From: Malacoraja senta
Taxonomy: Eukaryota
Reading direction: 5' to 3'
Assembly (NCBI GenBank): GCA_038087875.1
Contig: JAXLNO010000246.1
Location: 1 to 64,000 of the forward strand
DNA: 64,000 nt
Part shown: positions 51,580-64,000 of the stretch, piece by piece
Layout of the letters: every line of letters starts with the position of its first letter
How positions within the stretch are numbered: position 1 is the stretch's first letter
Position numbers and translations under genes: made by a program
Notes under the pieces: model-generated
Database searches by the model: none
What the model saw: only the letters and a program-made list of their open reading frames with translations
Told to the model about the DNA's origin: nothing

Positions 51580-51888
51580 TTTAGTTTAGAGATACAACCG
51601 GGAAACAGGCCCTTCGGCCCACCGTGTCCGCGCTGACGGGCGATCCCCGTAAACTAACACTTTCATACAAACACCAGGAACAATTTACTGTTCTATTAAA
51701 TAATTAATCTACAAACTTGTTCTGTGCGACTTTGGAGTGTGGGATGGAACCGGAGCAGCCGGACAAAATCCACGCAGGTCACGGGGAGAACATATCAACT
51801 CCTAACGGACTGCACCCGTAGTCAGGATCGAACCCAGGTCTCTGGTGCTGCAAGGCAGTAACTCAACCGCTACGCCACCGTGCCGTCC
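51580..51888 (-). mobile_element. tRNA-derived SINE (HE1/V-SINE-like)
   Basis: - strand begins ggacggcacggtggcgtagcgg (A box) ... gggttcgatcc (B box). Confidence 0.83.
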
Positions 51889-51889
51889 C

Positions 51890-52660
51890 AAGTCTGCAGC
51901 GTTCACGACAGTCTATGCCGTGCGGCACGGGAAATCTATCTATGACCGTCGCAGAGATATTAAGGAGGCCAAGAGGGAATTCCGGACCAAGCTGGAGACC
52001 CGAGGCAATGAGACGGATACCCGCAGATTGTGGCAAGGCTTGCACGCTGGAACGGGCTACAAAGCGAAAGTGGGCAACATCGATGGCAACAACGGGTCCC
52101 TCCCCGAGGAGCTGAATGCATTCTCCGTCCGCTTTGAACAGAATGTCTGGAGGAATATTTCCCGCTCCATCAGTCTCGGGTTCACCTGCACTAACGGTTA
52201 CTGTGGCAGGCTATCCTGAGAGTGAATCTGTGGAGAGCTACTGGCTCGGATGCAGTCCATTGACTCCTGTACACTCAGAACTGTGCGGGATAATTCGGCA
52301 AAAAGCCACATCTACAAGTCTGCAGGTGACAACTCTATGGTGGGCGGATCATGACCACTGACGAGACGGAGCACAAGAGGAAGACGGGGAGCTTAGCAAC
52401 ATGGTTGGTGTCCGGAGATTACTCTCTCACTCAATGCCAGCAACACGAAGGAGCTAGTTACTGTCTTCAGGAATCTTGATGGAGTACCCTGCCCCAATCT
52501 GCACCTATGGGGCCAAAGTGGAAATGGTTGGGAACTTGAAATTCCATGGCATTAATATTACCAAAGATCTGTAGGGCACCGGCCATATTGAAGCGTCAGC
52601 CACAAAAGCATATCAACAGGAATCTGAGGAAATTCGGCATGTCACCAATGATTCATACAC
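51890..52660 (+). mobile_element. Old Rex1-like LINE fragments
   Basis: RRLWQGLHAGTGYK..SLPEELNAFSVRFE, homologous to ORF 42194-42511. Confidence 0.75.
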
Positions 52661-52667
52661 ACTTCAG

Positions 52668-53545
52668 GCGTCGGTGCTGGACCCATTGCTGTTTGTCATC
52701 TATATCAATGATTTGGATGAGAACGTATACATCATTAATAAGTTTGCCGATGTCACCATGGTTGGTAGTATTGTCGATAGCGAAGATGGTTGTTAAGAAT
52801 GACAGCAGGACCTTGAGCAGTTGAGCAGGTGGGCTGAGGAGTTGTGTTGGACTTTAATGCTGATAATTGTTAAGTTTTGCATTTTGGGAAGTCAAACCAG
52901 CGCAGGACTTACATAGTGAATTGTAGGAGTCAGGGCAGTGTTGTAGTGAAGAGGGATCCAACATTGCAGGTACATACTGTAGCTCCTTGAATGTGGCGTC
53001 GCAAGTAGATAGGGTGGTCAAGAAGGCTTTTGGTACATAGGCCATCATCAATCAGAATATTAAATATCGATGTAGGGAGGTCATATTACACGTGTACAAG
53101 ACATTGGTGAGGCCTCACAGAGTGTTGAGTCCAGTTTTGGTCATCCAGTTGGTGGAAAGATAGTGTCAAGCTGAAAGGGGGTACATAAGAGATTTACTGG
53201 GATGTCGCCAGGACTTGAGTGGCTGAGCGAAATGGAGAAGGTTAGGAGGCTAGGCCTTTATTTATTGGAGTACAGGACGACGTGTATACACGATCATGAG
53301 ATGAAAATATAGGGTAAATACACAAACTTTGAACCAGAGTAAGGGAATCGGGAACAATGGGACACGGTTCAAGGCGCGGGTTGAGTGATTTAATAGTAAC
53401 CTGAGCGGCAAATTGTTTAAACAAAACATGGTAGGTGTGTGGATCGAGCTTTCGGAGGAAGGGGATGAGGCAGGTGCTATCGCACTGTATAAGAAACTTT
53501 TAGACAGGTAAATAAACAGGTTAGGTTTGGAAGGATATTTGCCTA
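52668..53545 (+). mobile_element. Old CR1 RT/3' fragment
   Basis: Degenerate RT segment tcggtgctggacccattgctgtttgtcatctatatcaatgatttgg..aagtttgccgatgtcacc through to the 3' UTR. Confidence 0.8.
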
Positions 53546-56500
53546 ATCTGGTAAATGGGCCTAGCGGCGATGTTACATCCTATCCCCTCTCGGCGCCTTC
53601 TCTTCGCTCTTGTCCAACAATTAATTTGTTGTCAACAACCGTTAATCACCTTCTCTTATTCATCAACATCGTCTGCAATCTTCATCGTCTCCTGTCTCCA
53701 TCATAGTACGAACATTACCGCACTGGACATGGTTGTTACTCACCGCAGATTATTAGGTTTGGTTAGCTTAGGTAAGGTCAATTACTGTCAGGGGTACTGG
53801 GGTACGGTGGAAATCTTTGTTTTATATGTTATTCAAAATGTTCAGATTCATCATATGTAGATGCAAACACTTCAAACGTACAATATGAAGATACAGAATG
53901 TAGACTATAGTTCATGATATAGAATATCGTTGAATATCGTTCTTGATTCTCATAAAAACCTTGATTTATCCGTAAATTTGTCAGAATGAACAACATCTGC
54001 GCAAATCGCATTGCGTAATTCCGGTCTATCTTTGTCCTAAAAAACGGACATTCACAGTTGTAGAATTCGAGCTTTTTGTAAAAAACACAAAAGATTCATT
54101 CAACCAGATGCAGAAATTCTTATTCAACTGTTCTGAAGTGCGCAGTTAGAGCGACAGATGATGCAATACTGATCTCACCTTTGAGACCTCCCACTGGTTT
54201 GGCGGAGTTGTAAACAATTAAGATGCGAGGCACATTAGGTTTCAGGTACAGGTTCAGGATTAGGATTATTATTGTGAAATATACCGAGGTACAGTGAAAA
54301 AATTGTGCTTTGCATGTAATCCAGGCAGAACAGATATTCCGTGCATAGGCACAATCATTTCAAACTCACGTATAACAGATAGAGGAAAGGAGGAGATTCA
54401 GAGAGCAGAATCCAGTTTCAGCGATGTAGCGTATCAGCTCCAGAGAAAAGTCCAATGTCATCAATTGGGAAATGTGAAATAAACAGCATAATAGCTTCCA
54501 GAATGACCCTTAAGAAGCCCGATAACGGATGAGAAGAAGCTACTGGTGGTGCGCGCTTTCCCGCGTGTGTACTTTCAGCCGACTGGAGCAGGCAGAAGAA
54601 GGAATGCTCGGGGTGAAACGGGTCATAGGTTGCATTGGCTGCTTTTCCGAGGCAGAGTAAAGAGTAAATTGTATCAGTGGTGAGAAGTCTGGTCTGTGTG
54701 ACGGACAGGGCTACATCTACAAATCTCCCCATTTGCTTGTGTTGCTAGGCAGAGCTTTTCTCAAAACAAGATGTGATGGAACCCTACATGATGCTTTCTA
54801 TTCTGCATCTACAGAAGTTTGGAACAGTCACTGGAGACATGACGAGATTTCTCTGTCTCCTCGGGATATAAAGACGTTAGTTTGCCTTCTGGATTGTTGC
54901 ATCTATGTGGGTGATCCACAACAGACCTTTGATAGTATTAACACCAAGGGAAAGCTGTCATCTATTTCCACTTCTGCACCATTGATGCTGATTGGGCATG
55001 TCCTGCACCCTGTTTCCTGAAGTCAATAACTAGCTCCTTCGTCTTGCTGACATTGAGGGAAAGATTATTGTCCGGACACCATGTATCTTAGTTCTCTATC
55101 ACCCTCCTGTACTCAATATTGCAATTATTCCTGATTTGACCAACCACAGTGGGTTTGTGCGTAAACCTGTAGATATGATTAGAGCCAAATGTATCCGTAC
55201 AGTCGAGAGTGTAAAGGGAGAATATTAGGGGACTGAGTCCTTGCAGGGCATCGATGTAGAGATTTATTATGAAGGAGATGCTGTCCCCTATCCTGATTGA
55301 CTGAGGTCCATGGGCATTGGAGCCTTGGAAGCAGTGACAGAGGGAGAGCAGATTCCGAGATCCCGTGGTTTGGAGATAACAGCCACCCCTTCCCCAGCTG
55401 ACACAGGTACACACAGTCACACGCACAATGCCAAGCTCAAGTCTGTTTGGAATTCAATATCATAATTACAAACTGTTCTTGGTTTTATTTTCATTTCCAA
55501 CCAGGTCACATCAGTGTTAATTTCCCTATTTGCCACAGATATGTTCGCCCCAACCATGTTTGCATTTCATAAAATGTCATCGTCATTTTGTGGGGTAGAT
55601 AATCCTGTAGATTCAAATATATCTGCGAGAATATATTACATCTGACCTCATGTCATTCCAAGGTGAATTCTTATTCTGAACGATGATCATAACGTAATAA
55701 TCCATATGCGGGCTGCAATTCTCTCAAATCTATCTTGAAATGGCCTCGCAGAATTCAATTGTCATTCTTACCAACTGCGCAGAATGGATGACCTGGACAA
55801 TTGTTCGCCCTTTGAGAACCACTTGATGCGACGGATACGTCTGGAATTTAGTCTTTGCCCGAGTCGAAGGTAAGTATCACTTCCCCTAAAAGAGGAAGCT
55901 CCAGGGCATAATATTCTGCAGATTAAGTGCTCCTAGATGGGATTTAGTAATCGGACAGCAGACAAACAGACAGTTTTTCGGCCTATTTCTCTGCTGTGTG
56001 ACTCAGTGACTATTGGTCCAGTATATGCACATTTCTCCACACGTGGTATCTTCGTCAGTCGGGTTCACCGCTATTTCCTTGAATAGGCAACTCGACAGTT
56101 GTAATAGGTAGCTCTGTTTGTTTATTTCTGTTGAGCAATAAATGTTGGGGAGCAACTGATTCTGCAGCAATGTTGAGATGCGCTGACTAGCCAGTTTACA
56201 CTCTAATCCAGAGTGCGGTGCAACACCAATGTTTGCGGGCCTGTGCTTTGTGAAACAAGAACACAGCGTGTACTTGTTTCTACAAGATCGAGCTTTGATA
56301 AGGTCATTCATTTCTGACATTAGATCCGTTGTCCTCTCAAGTCTGAATCTTCTGGGTTTAACATTTTTTCCTTGTATTTCAGATGCCAAGCAATAACTGC
56401 GGTGCGCAATACAGTATTAGCATTTTACTGTGTCCTTTCTCACCCCTCCAAACCCCTCTTCGCATTTGTCGAACTATTCATTCGTGGTGACCAACGATTC

Positions 56501-56821
56501 TTTTCAGAATCAGAATCAGAATCAGAATCAGATTTTTTCGCCAAATATGTTTTTGCAACATACGAGGAATTTTACTTCTCTTGTGCAGCAAAACCGGGTG
56601 TGTCACGTGAACATTCTTTGTCCCCATCATATTACCAATAGACCCGCTCTGATCACAGTTATTACTTATCTCCAATCATTAGGTTTGCCTAGGGTTAGGC
56701 TACATTTATTATTATTACATGCCGAGGTACAGTGAAACGCGTGGTTTTACACGCTATCCACTCAGATCAGACCTACCATACATGGACACAATCAATTCAA
56801 ACTCGTGCTTTGGATGAAGCA

Positions 56822-57560
56822 AAGTTCAAGTTCAAATTCAAGTTGGCGTTTATTGTCACATGCACCAATTGAGGTACAGTGATATTTGCGTTACCATACA
56901 GCCATACTGAGTGCAAAGCAACAATACGCACAGTCACATGAAATAAAATTTAACATAAACATCCACCACAATGGAATCAACATTCCTCACTGTGATGGAA
57001 GCAATAAAGTTCGGTCATCTTCCTCCTTTGTTCACCCGTGGTCGGGGTCTTTGAACCCTCCGCAGTTCGCCGCTGCCGTCGGTCCGATGTTCAAGCCCTC
57101 GCGTCCGGGATGATCGAAACTCCAGCGTCGGGACGAATCAGAACACGGAGCATGGAGCTCCCGAGTCGGCCTCTTCTTACCGGAGACCGCGGCTACACGA
57201 TGTTGAAGTCCAGAGGCCCCGCGGTCGGAGCACTTTCGCTGGAGATCCTCGGCAAAGGATCGCACGCTCCTCGATGGTAAGTCCACGCCGCGCCCGCCGC
57301 TGGAGACTCCGGGCCGGGCTCCAAGAAAGGGCCGTGCCACTCCATGTTGTTAGGCCGCAGGGGGGACGTAGATGCGAAACTGTCAAAGATCGCATCTCAG
57401 TCGAGGTACGTGACTGGACAATTTCCCCCCCGACCCCCCCCCCCTCCTCTTCAGTCCCCACATAAAACATAGCAAGTAACATTGAAACATACATTTAAGA
57501 CAAACTTTAAATGAAAAAAAAACAGAGAACGGTCGAGACGGATTATTGGCGATGAGGCGA
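56822..57560 (-). mobile_element. GC-rich retroposon with (tgaact)n-like tail
   Basis: Related to 37860-38580; interrupts module copy 9. Confidence 0.65.
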
Positions 57561-58599
57561 CGCGGAGAAAATACAAAATGAAGAATATATTTGATGAAAC
57601 AGATTGTGATGTTAATATTGTTCTTATTTCCAACAAATACTGAATTTCCATGTATTTGCAAATATGAACATTTGAGTACAAAACCATGAAAATAATAGAT
57701 AGCGGAGACGCACGGAGTCTCCTGCCCAGAATAGGTGAATCGAGAACCACAGTACATAGGTTTAAGGTAATGGGGAAAGGTTTAATAGGAACACGATGGA
57801 TAAAAAAATTAAACAAAGGGGAGTGAGTCCCTTTAAACAAAAGAGAGTGAGTCTGGACAAGCGGCCAGAGCAGACAGCTGAGACAGGTATTATCGCAACG
57901 TTTGAAACATTTGGATAGGTACATGAATAGGGCAGGTTTAGAGTAACACGCGCCAAACGCAGGCCTGGGGGGACTCGTGTAGATGGGACATGATTGTGGG
58001 TGCGGGCAAATGGGACGAAAGGCCAGTTTCCACACTGTATGATTCATTGACACCATGACTCTATATTATCCATCATCCCGTTCTCCTTGGAAATGCCCAG
58101 TGCATTTGGGAATTTGACTTCTGTAAAAACACAAAGCGACCAATTTGTGCAAAATATATTCATTAACTGTGCCGAGTTGCACAACGATGGAGGATGCAAT
58201 CCTTCTACAAGCCCTGAGACATCCAGCTGGGTTAGTGTTGTTGTAAATAGCTCTGATACACGGCGCATTATGTTTTAGATTTAGGTTCAGGTTTATTATT
58301 TTTCCCAGTCTCCTCCTGAGGTAAAGGTGTTGGTGTGACTTCTTGAGTGTCGCCTGAAAGTGATTGCTCCCCAACATATCGTTGATAAGATTAACGCCAT
58401 GCAACATGACCTCTCAACAATTTTCATTTCCGTTCCATCGATGCAGATTAGGGCATCAACTCCACCATCTATCCCCGAGTCAACAGCCAGCTCCTTCGCC
58501 TTGCTGACATTGACGGAGATGTTAATGTCCTGACACCAAGTCACTAAGTTATCTATCTCCTTCTTGTACTCCGTATCGTTATTGTCCGTAACTCGGTCA

Positions 58600-59338
58600 T
58601 GCTCGGTGGCCGATTAGGAAAAGGGGAGATGCAACGAGACCTGGGTGTCATGGTACACCAGTCAATGAAAGTAGGCATGCAGGCAGTGAAGAAAGCGAAT
58701 GCTATGTTAGCATTCATATCAAACGGATTTGAGTATAGGAGCAGGGAGGTTCTACTGCAGTTGTACAGGGTCTTGGTGAGACCACACCTGGAGTATTGCG
58801 TACAGTTTTGGTCTCCAAATCTGAGGAAAGGCATTCTTGCCATAGAGGGAGTACAGAGAAGGTTCACCAGACTGATTCCTGGGATGTCATGACTTTCATA
58901 TGAAGAAAGACGGGATAGACTCGGCTTGTACTCGCTAGAATTAGAAGATTGAGGGGGGATCTTATAGAAACTTACAAAATTCATAAGGGGTTGGTAGATG
59001 CAGGAAGATTGTTCCCGATGTTGGGGAAGTCCAGAACAAGGGGTCACAGTTTAAGGATAAGGGGGAAATCTTTTAGGACCGAGATGAGAAAAAAAAATTC
59101 ACTCAGAGAGTGGTGAATCTCTGGAATTCTCTGCCACGGAAGGTAGTTGAGGCCAGTTCATTGGCTATATTTAAGAGGGAGTTAGATGTTGCCCTTGTGG
59201 CTAAATGGATCAGTGGATATGGAGAGAAGGCAGGTACAGGATACTGAGTTGGATGATCAGCCATGATCATATTGAATGGCGGTGCAGGCTCGAAGGGCCG
59301 AATGGCCTACTCCTGCACCTATTTTCTATGTTTCTATG
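58600..59338 (+). mobile_element. Young CR1 3' fragment
   Basis: GEMQRDLGVMVHQS..RPHLEYCVQFWSP; same family as 16107-19862. Confidence 0.92.
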
Positions 59339-59631
59339 CCTTCCCCTATGCTTCCAGAATTTAATTACTACCCCTTTCGTCTTGAAGACATTGAGCGGTC
59401 GGTTATTTTTCTGATGCAATATCAGTAAGTCCACTATCTCTTTCCTGAATTCTCTCTCCTCACTGTTCCTGCTCCGGCTCATCACAGTTGTGTCGTCAGC
59501 AAACCTGTGGACGAAATGTGTAAAGAGTGTATCGTTGGGGACTGATAAATCGTCGTTGCAGTGCGCCGGTGTTGAGAGTTATTATGGAGGAGATGTTGTC
59601 ATCTGTCGTCACTGACTGAGGTCCGTGGGCC

Positions 59632-62600
59632 GTAGTGATGAGGAAGCAGTGGCAGAGGGCAGAGCACATTCCTGGGTCCTGGTGTTCGGAGATAATATAC
59701 GGCCCTCTCCCCCCCCCCGCCAAACCCCGACTGTGGACACAGCTACACACGGCCACACACACAATGCCAAGCTCAAGCCTGTTCAGACATTTAATATCAT
59801 AATTATTAATCTTATTCTGGTCTCAAGTTCTTTTCCATATCTGGTCACATTGGTCTTCAGTTCCCTATTGGCCACAAGAAGCTTCGCTCCAACCCTGTTT
59901 GTATTTAATAAATGGGCACCACTGTTGTTCTGGGGTAGAGGGTACTCGAGATTCAGATATATCCGAGAGAGTAAATTACATCACATCTCAGTCACTCCAA
60001 AGTGAATTCATATTCTGATCATCTGATCCTAACGTAACCATCCATATACCCGTTGTTTAATGCTCTGAACCTCCATCCTTTCAGGGACTCGTAAACTCCC
60101 ACATATCGGCGTCAATTACTGACTTGTTGTTCTCACCAACTGCACAGAGTAGAGGATCTGGTCAATTATTGGTCGTTTCACAGCCACTTGATGCGAGGGA
60201 TAAATCTCCACTTCTGACTCTACGACGCTTCAAAGGGAAGTATCACCTTCTTTAAAAGAGAGAGGGCTAACGCATCATACTCTATGGACCAAGTGCTAGA
60301 AAATGCGATTCAGTTATTGGATAGCATTAACGCAGCACGACTGCACTACTCTTTCCTTGTGTGACCGAGCTGCAGGGAGAGGTGAGGAATTTATTCCCTG
60401 GAGCGAAGGAGACTGAGGGGTGATGATATGAAGGTGTATAAAATCATGAGAGGAATAGATCGGCTGAATGCAAAACATTTTCCCCAGGATTGAGAATCAA
60501 AAGGCAGATCTCATAGGTTTAATGTGAGAGCAGCAAGATTTACAAGGAACCTGAAACATAGAAACATAGAAACATAGAAAGTAGGTGCGAGAGTAGACCA
60601 CCAGGCCCATCGAGCCCGCACCGCCATTCGCTCATGGCTGAACACTAAACAGACACCCTTACCCACAAACAGTAGACACAAGACACAGAACACAAGACAC
60701 TACCCTCCCCTTTATATCGCTATCACCCCTCTCCACCCCAAGAACCGCGTGATCTCCTGGGGGAGGCAAAAAAACGGATAAAAACCCAGGTCCAATTCGG
60801 GAAACAAATCCGGGAAATTCCTCTCCGACCCCAATCCAGGCGATCGACACTTGTCCAGGAGATCACTCAGGTCTTACTATACTAACCATACCTAGGTCCA
60901 TATCCCTGCCCTCTCCCCGTAGCCCCTTATCCCCTTGGCAGCTAAAAAACCATCTATTTTAGACTTAAATATATTTAATGTTTCTGCTTCCACTGCTCCC
61001 TGGGGCAGTGAATTCCATAAATTAACCACCCTCTGGGTGAAGAAGTTCTTCCTCATCTCAGTTTTAAAGAGCCCCCTCTTATTCTACAACTATGTCCCCT
61101 AGTTCTAGTTTCCCCGATCATTGGGAACATCCTCGGTGCATCCACCCGATCAAGGCCCCTCACGATCTTATATGTTTCAATGAGATCGCCTCTCATTCTT
61201 CTAAACTCCAAAGAGTAGAGTTCCAGCCTACTTAACCTTTCCTCATATGTCAATCCCCTCATTGCAGGAATTAATCTTGTAAACCTTCGCTGCACTGCCT
61301 CCAGGGCCAGTACATCCTTTCTTAAGTATGGACCCCAGAACTGTACACAGTATTCCAAATGTGGTCTCACTAATACTGTGTACAGCTGCAGCAAGTCCTC
61401 CGTGTTTTTATACTCAATCCCCCTAGCAATAAAGGCCAAAACTCCATTGGCCTTCCTGATTGCTTGCTGCACCTGCATACTAACTTTTAGTGATTCATGT
61501 ACTACTACCCCTAGATCCCTTTGCGTTGCATTACAACGCAGCTCCACCTCATTTAGGGAAGACTTGACACAAATAGAGAGTGCTGGGTACATGGTTTGAA
61601 CTTTGATTAGATCGTTCACTTCTGACATCACATATTTTTTTCTGCCTGGACGGATGTTATCTGAGTCTTCTGACTATACTATGTTTTCCTCCTGTATTGC
61701 AGATGCGCGGTAATTAATACGGTCGACGATAAGGTATCAGGTGTTTTACTGAGTTCTTCCTCCTGTCCCCACTTCACAACTTGTCTTCGCATTTGTTCAC
61801 CCCCATTCAACACCTTCTCTTGTATATCAATACTGTATGTGTTACATGGACAATCTTAGTAGTCATCATGGTACGAGTATCCCTCTCTGATCATAGTTGG
61901 TACTTATGTCAGATCATTATGTTAGCTGAGGTTAGGCTTGGTTATTATTGACAGATATTTCGAGGTACAGTGAAAAGCGTGGCATTGCACGCTATCCATT
62001 CAGTTCAGATATGCCATATACAGCTGTATAGAAACATAGAAAATAGATGCAGGAGTAGGCCATTCGGCCCTTCGAGCCAGCACTACCATTCAAGATGATC
62101 ATGGCTGATCATCCAAAATCAGTTACCCGTTCCGGCTTTTCCCCAAATCCCTTGATTCCCTCAGCCGTAAGAGCTAAATCTAATTCTCTCTTAAACTACA
62201 ACCAGTTAAAGCCCTGCAGATGGAGCGAGGAGGAAGATACAGAATGTCGAATATATTTAATTACAGAAGATCATGCTGAATATTGTTGGTTATTTCCATC
62301 AACCCCTGAATTGTCCGTGTATTTGTGAGAATGAATAAAATTTACTCAAGCCACTTTGCATCAATCCGTTCTCCGTAGAACTGGACAAGTGCAGTTGGAT
62401 AATTGAGTTTTGTTAAATCACAAAGCAACACATTTTTTGCAAAAATATTATTTAAGTTTGCAGAAGGTCTCGTCTGGAGCAGTGGATGATGCAATGAGTC
62501 ATCGCCCTGGGATCGCAATGTTGTAAACAATTAAGAGGAGAGGCGTTCAAACATCAGCTTCATATTTAAGTTTATTGTTGCATGTCCCGAGCTAAAGTAA

Positions 62601-64000
62601 AAAGCTTTGTTTTGCGTGCAATCCAGACACAGTAGATATACCATATATATACAGTAATAGTTACAACTCGAGCAGGGGGTATACGGATTTACACAGAGAA
62701 TGAGTTGACATATGAGGTAGTTGCGTCATATATTAGGGCATCTTTCAAAGACAGCTGGACTGCTGCATGGATAGGAATGATTTAGAGTGATGTGGGCGAG
62801 ATGCGGGAAGGGGTGACTAGTGTAGATGGGCACATTGGTCGGCATGTGCAAGCAGGGTAGAAAATCCCATTACCATGTTGTAGGATTCGATAATTCTATG
62901 AAAATAGATAGAGCAACGTGGAAGATGCAAAATATAGTCGGCAGCATTGGTGTGTATTTTCCTGCATCAGTTACTTAGACAATTTTAAATATCCGCAATG
63001 CGGTAGAAGCGAATTGAGCAGTACCCTAGTCTACGGGCATGCATACTCTGGAATTTAGAAGCGTGAAAGGGCATCTTATTGAAACATATAAGACGATTAA
63101 GGGTTTGGACACGAGAGAGGCAGGAAACGTGTTCCCGATGTTGGGGGACGTCTGAACCAGAGGCCATAGTTTAAGAATAAGTGGTAAGGAATTTAGATGG
63201 GAGATGAGGAAACATTTTTTTCACTCAGAGTATTGCGAGCCTGTGGAATTCTCTGCCTCAGAGGGCGGTGGAGGCCGGTTCTCTGGATACTTTCAAGTAA
63301 GAACTTAATAAGGCAATGAAAGATAGCGGAATCAGGGGATATGGGAAGAAGGCAGGAACGGGACACTGATTGTGGATGATCAGCCATGATCACATTGACT
63401 GGCGGTGCTGGCTCGAAGGGCCGAATGGATTACTCCTGCACCTATTGTCTATTGTCTATTGTACCTTTTGATATAAATGTCGGCCAGTACTCGATGTAAA
63501 GGAGATATAGTAGCGGACTGAAAATTATTTATTGTAGGGTCCGGTGTTACTTTGGATGAGGTGTTACCTATCCTCACTGAGTGAGGATTGTTGGTGCTAA
63601 AATCGAGCAGTCAGCGGTAGAGGCGGAGAAGATACCTCGGTCCCGGCGTTTGGAGATAATAGCCACTCCATCCCCTATCACATACAGGTACACACTGCTG
63701 AACGCATCATTTACAGCGCGAGGCTGTTCCTATTTTCCACATTAAACAGGATCTGACGCAGGACTCATATTAATCCACAGCTGGTCACCTTAGCCGTCAT
63801 TACACCATTGTCTACAAACACACGTGCTCCAGCCCTATTTGAACGGAATGAGTTATCATCACTAATGTTTGGGCAACATGGTACTGGAGGTTCAGATATA
63901 TTTGCGAGCATAAATTGCTTCTCATCTCAATTCACTCCTTGGTAAACACCTACTTTGAAACTTGTATCCTCACGTCATCACCCATCTAGCGATTGTGTAA
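59632..64000 (-). repeat. Right arm of the inverted duplication of 26117-29478 (runs to the window edge)
   Basis: Window end cacccatctagcgattgtgtaa is the reverse complement of 26117-26138; colinear except for one CR1 insertion. Confidence 0.92.
60556..61555 (-). mobile_element. CR1 3' fragment present only in the right inverted arm
   Basis: ORF 61053-61631 RT C-terminus; (ctatgttt)n tail; empty site tcaagtcttcccttcaggttcc at ~28553. Confidence 0.92.

Noticed and set aside
51820..51888. tRNA-like A and B boxes (also ~44985-45047)
   Set aside because: SINE heads without a complete cloverleaf, followed by SINE body
56003..56389. 128-aa ORF in module block C
   Set aside because: Paralogous copies at ~15.3 and 25.1 kb do not keep the frame; no recognisable domain

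Overview
Repeat-saturated vertebrate DNA, most likely a cartilaginous fish (skate/ray), judged from its repeat families: CR1 LINEs with an SGNH-esterase ORF1, Rex1/Babar-like LINEs, L1-clade fragments, HE1/V-SINE-type tRNA SINEs and Penelope tails. No host protein-coding gene is supported. Main content: (1) a full-length DIRS1-type tyrosine-recombinase retrotransposon (2042-7166) with inverted termini, an internal complementary region, gag, RT-RNaseH-adenine-methyltransferase and a recombinase that lost its catalytic Tyr through a frameshift; (2) beneath the younger insertions, an ancient composite module of about 3 kb repeated about 10 times, 7 on + left of ~41 kb and 3 on - right of ~53 kb, including a tandem duplication (10.3-21.7 / 21.7-27.75 kb) and an inverted duplication (26.1-29.5 vs 59.6-64 kb); (3) three blocks of a 29-bp satellite with a 499-bp higher-order repeat; (4) a mostly unique CpG-rich stretch with CCAAT, GC-box, RFX-like and MYB-like motifs (49.3-51.3 kb) in the zone where module orientation flips. 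This layout suggests, as an untested hypothesis, a bidirectionally transcribed germline non-coding locus such as a piRNA cluster. Family assignments come from motif recognition by eye, not database searches; boundaries are approximate unless a TSD is given.
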